A stretch of DNA of 63,960 nucleotides, counting the filler, from Octopus bimaculoides (taxonomy: Eukaryota), in assembly GCF_001194135.2 (NCBI RefSeq). It is 4 parts of 3 records of this genome, joined end to end, with 100 filler letters (N's around TTAATTAATTAA, not from the genome) between each part and the next. Parts side by side here need not be neighbours in the genome. Positions count along the whole stretch, not along the records: positions 32,328 to 63,960 come from NC_069000.1; 3 more parts are not named here. One strand, written 5' to 3'. Made by a program: the position numbers and the translations under genes. Below are positions 54,360 to 63,960 of this stretch, piece after piece. The notes beneath the pieces are model-generated. The model searched no databases. It worked only from the letters and a program-made list of their open reading frames with translations, and had not been told where the DNA came from. The number at the start of each line of letters is the position of its first letter. The stretch's first letter is position 1.

Positions 54360-55585
54360 CTATCAATGAAGCAAAACCTCTCAATCAACATACCTATCAT
54401 TATTTTGTGTAGAAATCATGTGATCCTTTTGTGGTATAACATCCATTTTTCCAGGCTAGTTTAGATAGGGGAGTTGATTATTTTTGTTACAGCAACTGTT
54501 TTACAGCTGAATAACTTTCCCACAGTTAAACACTCAAGCATGAAGTACGGAACCTTGCTTTTCTTTAATTTCAAAACAATCTTATCTTCCTATGCCAATA
54601 ATAAAATGATAGATACAGAAATAAATTTATTTCTCATACGCGTGATAATGCTATAAATAGCGTGATCAGGATGAGGCACAAAGGCACATGGCTCAGTGGT
54701 TAGAGCATTAGGCTCACAATCATGATGTAGTGGGTCTGATTCCCAGACCAGGTCATGTATTGTGTTCTCGAGCAAGACACTTCATTTCAGATTGCTCCAG
54801 TTCATTCATCTGTAGAAATGAGTTGCAACGTCACTGGTGCCAAGCTGTATCAGCCTTTGCCTTTCCTTTGGATAAGATGAGTGGTGTGGAGAGGGGAGGC
54901 TGGTATGCAAGGATGACTGCTGGTCTTCCATAAACAACCCTGCCCAGACTTGTACCTCAGAAGGGGAACTTTCTAGGTGGGTGCAATCTCATGGTCATTT
55001 ATGACCAAAGGGTGTCTTTTAAATATCTGTGAGGTTAAGGTGGTAGGTTAATGACTATATAGTCAAAAGTTCAGATCTTTCTGGTGTCTAAGTTGTGCTT
55101 TTGAGGAAGGAACATAACTCTGCTTTTAACTGTCTGAGCATCAGCAATAAACAGTTGTAGAAAGAATATTACACAGTTATAAAACAATTCTCCAAGCCAA
55201 CAAAGGAGTTTTCATGTGGTGGCAAAACCTGTGTTAGCAATTAAATTATATACAATTATCACTCCACCATATGAAATCATCAGTATACCAGAACAGCATT
55301 AAACTAGAGCTAGGTAAAGAAGGTTGCTTGACCAGCTGGAAATAATAGACAAGCGAAATTTCTGTCTTAAGGACACATTGGTTAATGTAGTTCTACATAT
55401 ATGTTTGTAATAAAGACAAAATGGTCTTAGCCAGAACATTTTTGATCATAGGTTTGTTGGATCAAAACAGACAAGGAGATAATCAACATCAACTATTTCA
55501 ACAACAAAAAGAAAAGTGGATGTTAAAACAGTATTAAGAAAGAAAAAAAAAAAAAAGTTCAACAGGATTGGATTAAAACACTTGC

Positions 55586-55774
55586 CTCCAGCCAACATTG
55601 CTACCAAGATAATGCCACAAGACCAAATATCTGCTGGTTGAGCTGAATAAGGACGACGTCTGATAACTTCAGGAGCAACATATGGAAGTGTCCCACAGCA
55701 TTTTTCCATTTCTCTCTCCTCTCCCTGATAACGGAAAACAGTGGCAAAACCGAAATCGGAGATTTTCAAGTTAT
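55586..55774 (-). CDS. CHEK1: Chk1 coding exon (DFG to APE), ending at a GC donor
   Basis: (D)[62 protein letters not shown](E). TAG acceptor, GAG|GCAAGT donor, 189 nt. Confidence 0.95.
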
Positions 55775-55894
55775 CTAAAATGAATTGAAAGGAAACAAAC
55801 ATATTTAAAATGTAATGTAAACACCATAAAACAAAATTATGAATAATAGATGTTTACATTCCTTAATATTTTCACTAGTTTCAAGGCAACAAGT

Positions 55895-56095
55895 TGGCAT
55901 AATTGTTAGCATGCCAGGCAAAATGCTTAGTATTCATCTTTACAGTTTGAGCTCAAATTCCACCGAGGTTCACTTTGCCTTTCGTCCTTTGAGAGTTGAT
56001 AAAATAAGTACCTGTTGAGCACTGGGGTCAATGTAATTGACTTAGCCCCACCCTCGAAATTACTGGACTTGTGCCAAAATTTGAAACCAATATTT
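55895..56095 (+). mobile_element. Third SINE-like family; copies near 3535, 15955, 29235, 30625, 33165, 35275, 47745 and 61665
   Basis: Recurrent motif TCAAATTCC..CGAGGT(C)GACTTTGCCTTTCATCCTTT..GGG.TGATAAA.TAAGTACC. Confidence 0.7.
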
Positions 56096-56388
56096 TCACT
56101 AGTTTCAATCACTCACATGTAGCAAATGATGGGGCACTACTTTCATGAATAAAGTCCAGATGTTTTTGATCACTGGCCTCTAACATATTTGTGTGTCAGA
56201 ATATTTAGAAATATTGAGTGGTTTTCATGCATCAGTGCAATGCATGCATCTATCTTTGCTTTAAAAGAATTTTAAAACTCATTTTTTATATATAAAACAC
56301 TTAAGCTGATGGTGCATCATAACATAGTTAGCATGATATTCAGTGTATTGCGAACTGAAAAAAGCTTTAAAAAATTTGTTTTTAAATA

Positions 56389-56772
56389 GGAGCAGTTGTG
56401 GCTGTGTGGTAAGTAGCTTGCTTACCAACCACATCGTTCTGGGTTCAGTTCCATTGCGTGGCACCTTGGGCAAGTGTCTTCTACTATAGCCTCAGGCCAA
56501 CCAAAGCCTTGTGAGTGGATTTGGTAGATGGAAACTAAAAGAAGCCCATTGTATATATGTATGTGTGTTTGTGTGTCTGTGTTTGTCCCCCTAGCATTGC
56601 TTGACAACGGATGCTGGTATGTTTACGTCCCCATAACTTAGCGGTTCGGCAAAAAGAGACCGATAGAATAAGTACTAGGCTTACAAAGAATAAGTCCTGG
56701 GGTTGATTTGCTCGACTAAAGGCGGTGCTCCAGCATGGCCGCAGTCAAATGACTGAAACAAGATTAAAAGAA
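56389..56772 (+). mobile_element. Full-length tRNA-derived SINE, the dominant family (about 15 copies or fragments, e.g. 6330, 9515, 12335, 27650, 30040, 34030, 35770, 48390, 48750, 50200)
   Basis: tRNA-like head GCTGTGTGGTAAG...GGGTTCAGTTCC, a central (TA/TG)n tract and a tail ending GCATGGCCGCAGTCAAATGACTGAAACAAG. Confidence 0.85.
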
Positions 56773-57851
56773 NNNNNNNNNNNNNNNNNNNNNNNNNNNN
56801 NNNNNNNNNGTAGATGGAAACTAAAAGAAGCCCATTGTATATATGTATGTGTGTTTGTCCCCCTAGCATTGCTTGACAACGGATGCTGGTATGTTTACGT
56901 CCCCATAACTTAGCGGTTCGGCAAAAAGAGACCGATAGAATAAGTACTAGGCTTACAAAGAATAAGTCCTGGGGTTGATTTGCTCGACTAAAGGCGGTGC
57001 TCCAGCATGGCCGCAGTCAAATGACTGAAACAAGATTAAAAGAAAGATTAAATAAATCACCAGTGACATTTAAAAGGCAACAGTGCCAGTGGTACATAAA
57101 AGACACCCGGTACACTATGGAGTGGTAGGCGTTAGGAAGGGAATCCAGCTGTACAGACTAAGCTAAAACAGACAGGAGTCTGGTGCAGTTCTCCAGCTTA
57201 CCAGTTCCAGTCCAACTATCCTACTCATGCCAACATGGAAAAAAAGAAGCTAAATGATGATGACAATGATGGTATAGACAAATACATTGAACAGCGTTTA
57301 TTTCTTCCCAATCTCAGACAGATAAAAGGCAAAGTCAATCAAGATAGGATTTGAACCTAGAATATAAAGAGATGCAACCAAATATCACAAAGTATTTTAT
57401 TCAATTCTCTATCAATTTTGTTTTCTACCTTCAGGTGTCCAAAATGTCTGAGAAATGGTGTTGGTAATAAAATTATAATTTATTTATAAGTGCAGATGTG
57501 ATGTGACTCTGTGGTAAGAAGTTTGCTTCCTGACTACATGGTTCTGGGTTCAGTTCCCCTGCATAGCCCCTTGAGCAAGTGCCTTCTACTCTAGCCCTGA
57601 ACCTACCAAAGTTTTGGAGTGAGATCTTGTGAGTAAATTTGGTAGAAGAAAAAAAAAAACTGAAAGAAGCCTGTCACATATATTAGTAGTGATAATCATC
57701 ATAATATTAGTGACCAGGATTTTGATAAGGATAATGGTAGCAGAGATGACAAAGATTATTATGAAGACAATGACAGCAAAAGCAAATTTAAAACAAATGA
57801 AATGTACAAACACATAATCTGGTAAACAATATCATTTAGTATATTTTTTAC

Positions 57852-57921
57852 CATTTTCGTCCAGAAGAAGATTCTCTGGTTTTAAATCTCGATGTGCCAC
57901 ACCTCTAGAATGTAAATATTC
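57852..57921 (-). CDS. CHEK1: Chk1 coding exon (catalytic loop)
   Basis: EYLHSRGVAHRDLKPENLLLDEN(D). TAG acceptor, GTAAAA donor, 70 nt. Confidence 0.96.
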
Positions 57922-58514
57922 CTACAATAAAAGACAAAATAAAAGTTTAAAATTTTTTAAAAACTAAGCAATAAATATTCAATGTAAGAAAACAAACAAA
58001 TGAAAAAAATTTGCTGTCACAGAAATTAGAAGTTTGAAAAAATATCTTTTTAAAATATTTTTCATTCTTTATAGCATGTGGAAATAAACGAAGCCTAAAA
58101 GCTGACACCATGGAACCAATGGTAGCCAACAACATAACTTAACTTGTATTCTATTGAAAATAAAATTCATTACATCTATGTACTGGGTACTATACAAATT
58201 CTTTTATATTTTTTATATTATTTATCAAGCATAAATGTGTGTATGTGCATGTGTGTGGTATATGTGAAGAAGCTGTAGCAGTAGTCTTTATATAGTATTC
58301 AAGATAGAGAAATGGCAGCTTTAAGTTTCTTAAAGTTATCATTTCTCTTTCTTCATTACTATATAAAGACTCTAGCTTTATGAACAGAGTTCATTTTAAT
58401 TGTAATTGCCAAGACAACAAGTCGCCTCATTTGTCAGCAATTGACATAAGCACCTAACACATCTCAGCAATACCAAGAAAAGAAAAAGAAAGAAAGGAAA
58501 ATAAGATACTTTAC

Positions 58515-58579
58515 CAGTCCTTCAATTAACTGTCGGAAATAATATTGAGCACGTTGTGGAGACATACCGACATCAGGCT
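58515..58579 (-). CDS. CHEK1: Chk1 coding exon
   Basis: (E)PDVGMSPQRAQYYFRQLIEGL. CAG acceptor, GTAAAG donor, 65 nt, phases join both neighbours. Confidence 0.95.
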
Positions 58580-58664
58580 CTGAAATATGTATTTTAACAA
58601 TTGTTAGAATTCTCTCATTAAATTTATTTGATAACAACAACAGCAACGAGGGTATAAAACTAAA

Positions 58665-58985
58665 TCATCATCATCCATTTTCCATGCTGGCATGGGTTAG
58701 ATGGTTTGACTGGAGCTGGTGAGCTGTACCAGGCTCCAGTCTGTTTTGGCTTGGTCTCTACTGCTGGATGCCCTTCCTAATGCCAACCACTCTACAGAGT
58801 GCACTGGGTGTCTTTTATGTATCACCAACAAAGGTATTCTTTATGTGTTACCAGCAGAGGTGCCATTCACACTCCACCCCCACTAGCTACAACCATGATT
58901 TCACTTAGCTTGACATGTCTTCTCAAGCACAGCAATTCACCAGAAGTCTCACCCACTTGTCATCACCTCCATGAGACTCAACATT
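58665..58985 (-). mobile_element. Older RTE 3' fragment; similar CAT-tailed remnants near 36860, 40700, 44270, 49590 and 57050
   Basis: Contains GCTGGATGCCCTTCCTAATGCCAACC and an ORF-end remnant (AVLEKT) on the minus strand. Confidence 0.65.
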
Positions 58986-60416
58986 CCAGAACTAAATATC
59001 TAAAAATATTTTGGCCTAGCAACTGGAATGTTACAGAGGAGAGCAATGCTCACTACACTTCCTAACACTGGGATGGAGTAAATACACAAAGTAGATGAAG
59101 AAGCTGTTGCTGGTAAAGATAAATATTATGATGATAACAACAGTATCACTGATAGGAATAAAGATGTGTGTTGTTGTTGTTAAGTCTGAGCTGAGCTTGG
59201 GCTTAACAACTAATAAAAATAGTAAAAGTGCTGGTAGAGCAGACAGGTAATAGGAATAAAAATGCTGCAAGTTGAATGGACAATAATCATAATGATGTCA
59301 AAAGTAATTCTGATGATGGTGGTGATACTGATGAGGATGACAATGATGAAAGTAGTGATGATGTTGATGACAGTGTTGTGGATGATGACAACAATAAAAT
59401 TTTTTTTAAAAAAGGCAGTCTGTCAGTTACAACGATGAGAGTTCCAGTTCATCTGAACAAGGGAACAGCCTGCTAATGAAATTAACATGCAAGTGGCTGA
59501 GCACTCCACAGACATGCATACTCTAAACATAGTTGTCTGGGGGGTTCAGCATAACACAATGTGACAAGGCTGGCCCTTTGAATTACAGACACAATTTATT
59601 TTTACCAGATGAGTGGGCTGGAATAATGCAAAAGAAGTGTCTTGCTCAAGAACACAACATGCCGATGGGAACTGAACTCATGCCCTTGCGATCGTGAGCC
59701 AAATACTCTAACCACTAAGCTATGTGACATCGATAATAACAATAAGGATGATAATGATGAAGGATACAAGAAACAATGAAATAAAATGATCAGAGCTACT
59801 AAGGGCATAAACACATGACTCCAATTACTCCTAATAGCATTAATCAATAGTATCTCATAAAACACCAATTCTACCAGAAATATAAAGTGCAAGAGTACAA
59901 GGAACATTGTAAATCACACACTGCTCACTGGTTCTACTGAGTAATTAAGAATACTTATTAATTCTATCAGGAGCATAAAGAGCAGTGTAAATCATACTAC
60001 ACAATACTAATTCTATAAGGAACAATATAAAGATCAGTAAATATTACACCACAGAACACTTAAAATTTCTAGCAAGAATATAAGGAGTAATGTGAATCAC
60101 ACCTCAGAATACTAACCAACTCTAAAAGTCATACAAAATGTTAATTCTATCAGGAATTTAACTCTTTAATATTTAGATTACTCTGTCAAGTATAATATTT
60201 ATTTATTCACATTATTTTGAATGATTTATGCACTGTCTTGTAGCTACAAGATTTTGATGATGTGACTGTATTTTTAGAATGACATTGTAGAGTAGGTGCG
60301 AGAGGCCAGATCTAGCCATTTTGAAGATAAAGCAGGTAGAATATTTGGGTCAGATATGGCCAATTTAAGCGCTAAAGACATACAGACCATCATAAATTAC
60401 ACCACAGAACACTTAC

Positions 60417-60540
60417 CAATTCTATCAAACAGTTCACCACCGCAGGCATATTCCAGAAACATGAACTGCTGATCTCCAGCTGTGCGGCTCCCATAAAAGC
60501 GGATTACATTGTCGTGTTTCAGGAGTTTGTGAATTGCAAT
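60417..60540 (-). CDS. CHEK1: Chk1 coding exon (kinase hinge)
   Basis: IAIHKLLKHDNVIRFYGSRTAGDQQFMFLEYACGGELFDRI(E). CAG acceptor, GTAAGT donor, 124 nt. Confidence 0.96.
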
Positions 60541-60577
60541 CTGTAAGAAAAGATTAAAAGCAGTGATATTAATACCT

Positions 60578-60978
60578 ACTCTTTTACTTGTTTCAGTCAT
60601 TTGACTGCAGCCATGCTGGAGCACCGCCTTTAGTCGAGAAAATCGACCCCAGGACTTATTCTTTGTAAGCCTAGTACTTAATCTATCGGTCTCTTTTTGC
60701 CGAACCACTAAGTTACAGGGACGTAAACACACCAGCATCGGTTGTCAAACGATGGCGGGGGGACAAACACAGACACACAAACACACACATATATATATAT
60801 ATATATACATATATACGACAGGCTTCTTTCAGTTTCCGCCTACCAAATCCACTCACAAGGCTTTGGTCGGCCCGAGGCTATAGTAGAAGACACTTGCCCA
60901 AGGTGCCACGCAGTGGGACTGAACCCAGAACCATGTGGTTGGTACGCAAGCTACTTACCACACAGCCACTCCTGCGCC
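60578..60978 (-). mobile_element. Full-length copy of the same SINE, about 35 nt from a Chk1 splice acceptor
   Basis: Reverse complement of the 56389-56772 family along its whole length. Confidence 0.85.
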
Positions 60979-62192
60979 TGCCTGTTCATAATTTTTTCTT
61001 TCTTTCTTTTTTTTAGGTTATCAAGCAAGGATAAGATCAGTATTGGTAGAGCATCAAATAAAATACCCCGTAGTATTTACAGGCCTTTATGTTCTAAGTT
61101 CAAATTTCTTCCAGGTCCACTTTCCCTTTCCTCCTTCCAAGGTTACTGAAATAAGTTGCATCAGAATTCTGTTTCAAACAACACTATAGAAGAAAGTAAC
61201 ATAATACAGACAGCCTCACATACAATACACGAAAATTCAAACTGAAGCAAAACTACTACAGAACCGATCACACAAGAAACAAACAAAGCAGGAAAGCAAA
61301 TCCAAAATACACAAAGAAAAAAGCAAAACCCCGAAAAGATGATGGAAACCATAAAAACTCCCATAGAAACATTTAACCAAATACACAGACACAGTGAAAG
61401 TATGCCCCAGATGCCACACTTAACAGCATACAGAATAAAAACATATCACAAAAAAAATCAGTCAGAGTTAACATTGAGAACCTAACAGAAACAATAAAAA
61501 TATATATATAAGAGAACATTACAAAATCAATGAACATGGACTGGCATAAACATCTTCAAATGACTAAACAGTTCTATAAAAGAATAAACATAAAAGGCCC
61601 TTGCAAGAAATTCTTGCCATAGTTACTAACTGCCCAAATATCAATTTCAAATCTTGGCACAAGGCCAGTCACTAAGTTCAGGCGAAGAGGACAAGTCGAT
61701 TACATCAACCCCAGTGTTCAACTAGTATTTATTTTATTGACCCCAAAAAGATGAAACACATAGTTGACCTTGGCAGAATTTGAACTCAGAACATGAAGAC
61801 GGATAAAATGCCACTAAGCCTTTTGTCCAGCACAGTAACAATTCTGCCAGCTCGTTGCTTTTAACTGCCCAAATATCAAACTGAATAAGTTGATCTATTC
61901 AGTACCACTGGTAGTATGCAGGGAGAATTGGGTTTCATTTTAACACTTTAGATTACTCTGTCAACTGTAATGCTTATTTAGTTACATTATTTTGAATTAA
62001 TCATACATTATCTTCTAGCTTTGAGATTTTGAATGATGTGATTGTAGGGTAAGTGTGAGAGTCTGGATCTTGCCAGCCTGAACATAAAACAAGAAGAATA
62101 TATATGGCCAGTTTAAATGCTAAAGGGCTAACAGAAATAGACACTCAACCAAACCTCACCCAATCAAAAATGGAAAGAAATTAACAACTCAC

Positions 62193-62292
62193 CTCTTTTC
62201 TAACACTTTCTCTTGCATGGATATCTTTTTTGAGATTAATAAATTTCACTGCCACTTCTTCGTTTGTTGTAGTATTTACAGCCAATTTCACT
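62193..62292 (-). CDS. CHEK1: Chk1 coding exon, first visible one (kinase subdomains I-III); the upstream start exon is not visible
   Basis: Translates (E)VKLAVNTTTNEEVAVKFINLKKDIHARESVRKE, matching Chk1 EVQLAVN..AVAVK..KKE. CAG acceptor at 62293-62295, GTGAGT donor, 100 nt. Confidence 0.93.
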
Positions 62293-63139
62293 CTGAAATC
62301 AATTCACACATGTTATCAATAACTTTACAAAGTGTAGGGCAGTTTAAATTAATGATTGCACAAGAAATATAATTTTTTCTCATTTTTATTTCCTTCTTTC
62401 AGGGGCACTCAAAGATAGTAATGGTTAAATATAACTTTTTGTTCTTTTTGAGGAGTGAGAGGAAATTTCAAAAATTACACCTACATTGATTGAGAAAGCG
62501 ATATATGAAATTAAAAAAAATCTTTTTCTTAAGGGTAATTTTCCAACTTATTTTCACTTTAAATAAGTAGAAAAACNNNNNNNNNNNNNNNNNNNNNNNN
62601 NNNNNNNNNNNNNNNNNNNNNNNNNNNNNNNNNNNNNNNNNNNNNNNNNNNNNNNNNNNNNNNNNNNNNNNNNNNNNNNNNNNNNNNNNNNNNNNNNNNN
62701 NNNNNNNNNNNNNNNNNNNNNNNNNNNNNNNNNNNNNNNNNNNNNNNNNNNNNNNNNNNNNNNNNNNNNNNNNNNNNNNNNNNNNNNNNNNNNNNNNNNN
62801 NNNNNNNNNNNNNNNNNNNNNNNNNNNNNNNNNNNNNNNNNNNNNNNNNNNNNNNNNNNNNNNNNNNNNNNNNNNNNNNNNNNNNNNNNNNNNNNNNNNN
62901 NNNNNNNNNNNNNNNNNNNNNNNNNNNNNNNNNNNNNNNNNNNNNNNNNNGGAGCAAATAGCAAATAGCACTTACTGACCAAAGACAAAAAAAAAAAAAA
63001 TTTAATTATTTTACACAGTGATAATTGTTAGTCTTTTGCACAATAAAATTTATAATCTTATTATTGAAAAGTGCTATAAAATATTCACTTTCCTTTAATG
63101 ATGGCTGTGTCCATGTAAAATTTTGGAAACATCAATTGA

Positions 63140-63530
63140 TACATTATTTACATTTGACAGATATTTGTCCTCATCTTGTATGTTGTTAACACGTTTTGGC
63201 TGATATACCCTCCAGCCTTCATCAAGTGTCCTGGGGAAATTTTGAAACTGGGTTCTCATTCCTAAGGTATTTTTCAATGTTGTTATTATTATTATTATAT
63301 GCCCACGGGCATAAGGCATAGTGGTTAAGAGTGCGGGCTACTAACTCCAAGATTCCAAGTTCGATTCCAGGCAGTGAATAATAATAATAACATCGAAAAA
63401 TATCTTAGGAATGAGAACCCAGGTTTGAAATTTCCCCACGACACCTGTTGAAGGCTGGAGGGTATATCAGCCGAAACATGTTAACAACAAACAAGATGAG
63501 GACAAATATCCGTCAAATGTAAATAATGTA
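63140..63530. mobile_element. Fold-back element: tRNA-like head flanked by inverted ~155-bp arms that each carry a degenerate hammerhead core
   Basis: 63140-63297 is the reverse complement of 63378-63530 (about 90% by eye). The spacer has A box-like GGCATAGTGGTTAAG and B box GTTCGATTCC. The arms contain CTG(T)TGA-A-GGCTG..CAGCC-GAAAC. Confidence 0.75.
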
Positions 63531-63725
63531 CACAATTCCTCATCTCTTTTTCCTGCATGATAGAGAAATATGAGAAGTAACAAGGGATATAACAAGTGGT
63601 GAGATACAGTGCTGATTTTAAGAATAGGTTTGCTTGGTCAGCCGGGGCAAAGTATACTATCTGCTAATCATGACTGTTATGCCAAAACAGTGAGGCTAAC
63701 CTCTTTAAGTTAGACCTCAACTATT

Positions 63726-63960
63726 CATCATCATCATCATCGTTTAACGTCCGCTTTCCATGCTAGCATGGGTTGGACGATTTGACTGAGGACTGGTGAA
63801 ACCGGATGGCAACACCAGGCTCCAGTCTGATTTGGCAGAGTTTCTACAGCTGGATGCCCTTCCTAACGCCAACCACTCAGAGAGTGTAGTGGGTGCTTTT
63901 ACGTGTCACCCGCACGAAAACGGCCACGCTCGAAATGGTGTCTTTTATGTGCCACCCGCA
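63726..63960 (-). mobile_element. RTE LINE 3'UTR copy, runs off the window end
   Basis: Reverse complement of 52866-53100 with one mismatch. Confidence 0.85.

Noticed and set aside
56810-57045. Apparent tandem second SINE copy; also the short duplication around the gap at 51618-51627
   Set aside because: Identical sequence flanks an N gap, so this is probably an assembly artefact.
201-63319. Most ORFs in the supplied track (poly-HT/YI/CV/LS, poly-K/R/S/L and X-filled ORFs)
   Set aside because: They are translations of microsatellites, N gaps or SINEs, with no splice-consistent protein signal.
63307-63375. Functional tRNA gene (also the heads at 42880-42959, 54685-54750 and 56389-56460)
   Set aside because: The acceptor stems do not close and each head is attached to a repeat body, so these are SINE heads.
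1-63960. CRISPR arrays, rRNA or prokaryotic/viral systems
   Set aside because: No regularly spaced repeat-spacer array and no rRNA-like or intronless gene-dense segment was seen.

Overview
AT-rich, microsatellite- and gap-laden animal genomic DNA. The repeat families look like octopus (inference from recalled SINE/LINE sequences, not a database search). The right half holds 12 coding exons of a minus-strand checkpoint kinase 1 gene (CHEK1/Chk1, 62292 down to the stop at 43372). The first coding exon (about 22 codons) is not visible, and one intron uses a GC donor. The rest is transposon debris: R4/Dong-like, Tx1/L1-like and RTE LINE fragments, two Penelope-like (PLE) ORF fragments, mariner, Gypsy, a Helitron, several MITEs and many tRNA-derived SINEs. 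The most interesting unannotated signal is a set of type I hammerhead ribozyme motifs of the PLE kind, from sequence-unrelated families. One has an intact core (30415-30474), one lies downstream of a PLE ORF (23352-23423) and one is decayed with a long stem II (11617-11726). Two more sit in the arms of a fold-back element with a tRNA-like Pol III head (63140-63530), a candidate hammerhead-bearing SINE mobilised by PLE machinery. Three N44-TTAATTAATTAA-N44 blocks are artificial scaffold joins, so contiguity across them is not established.
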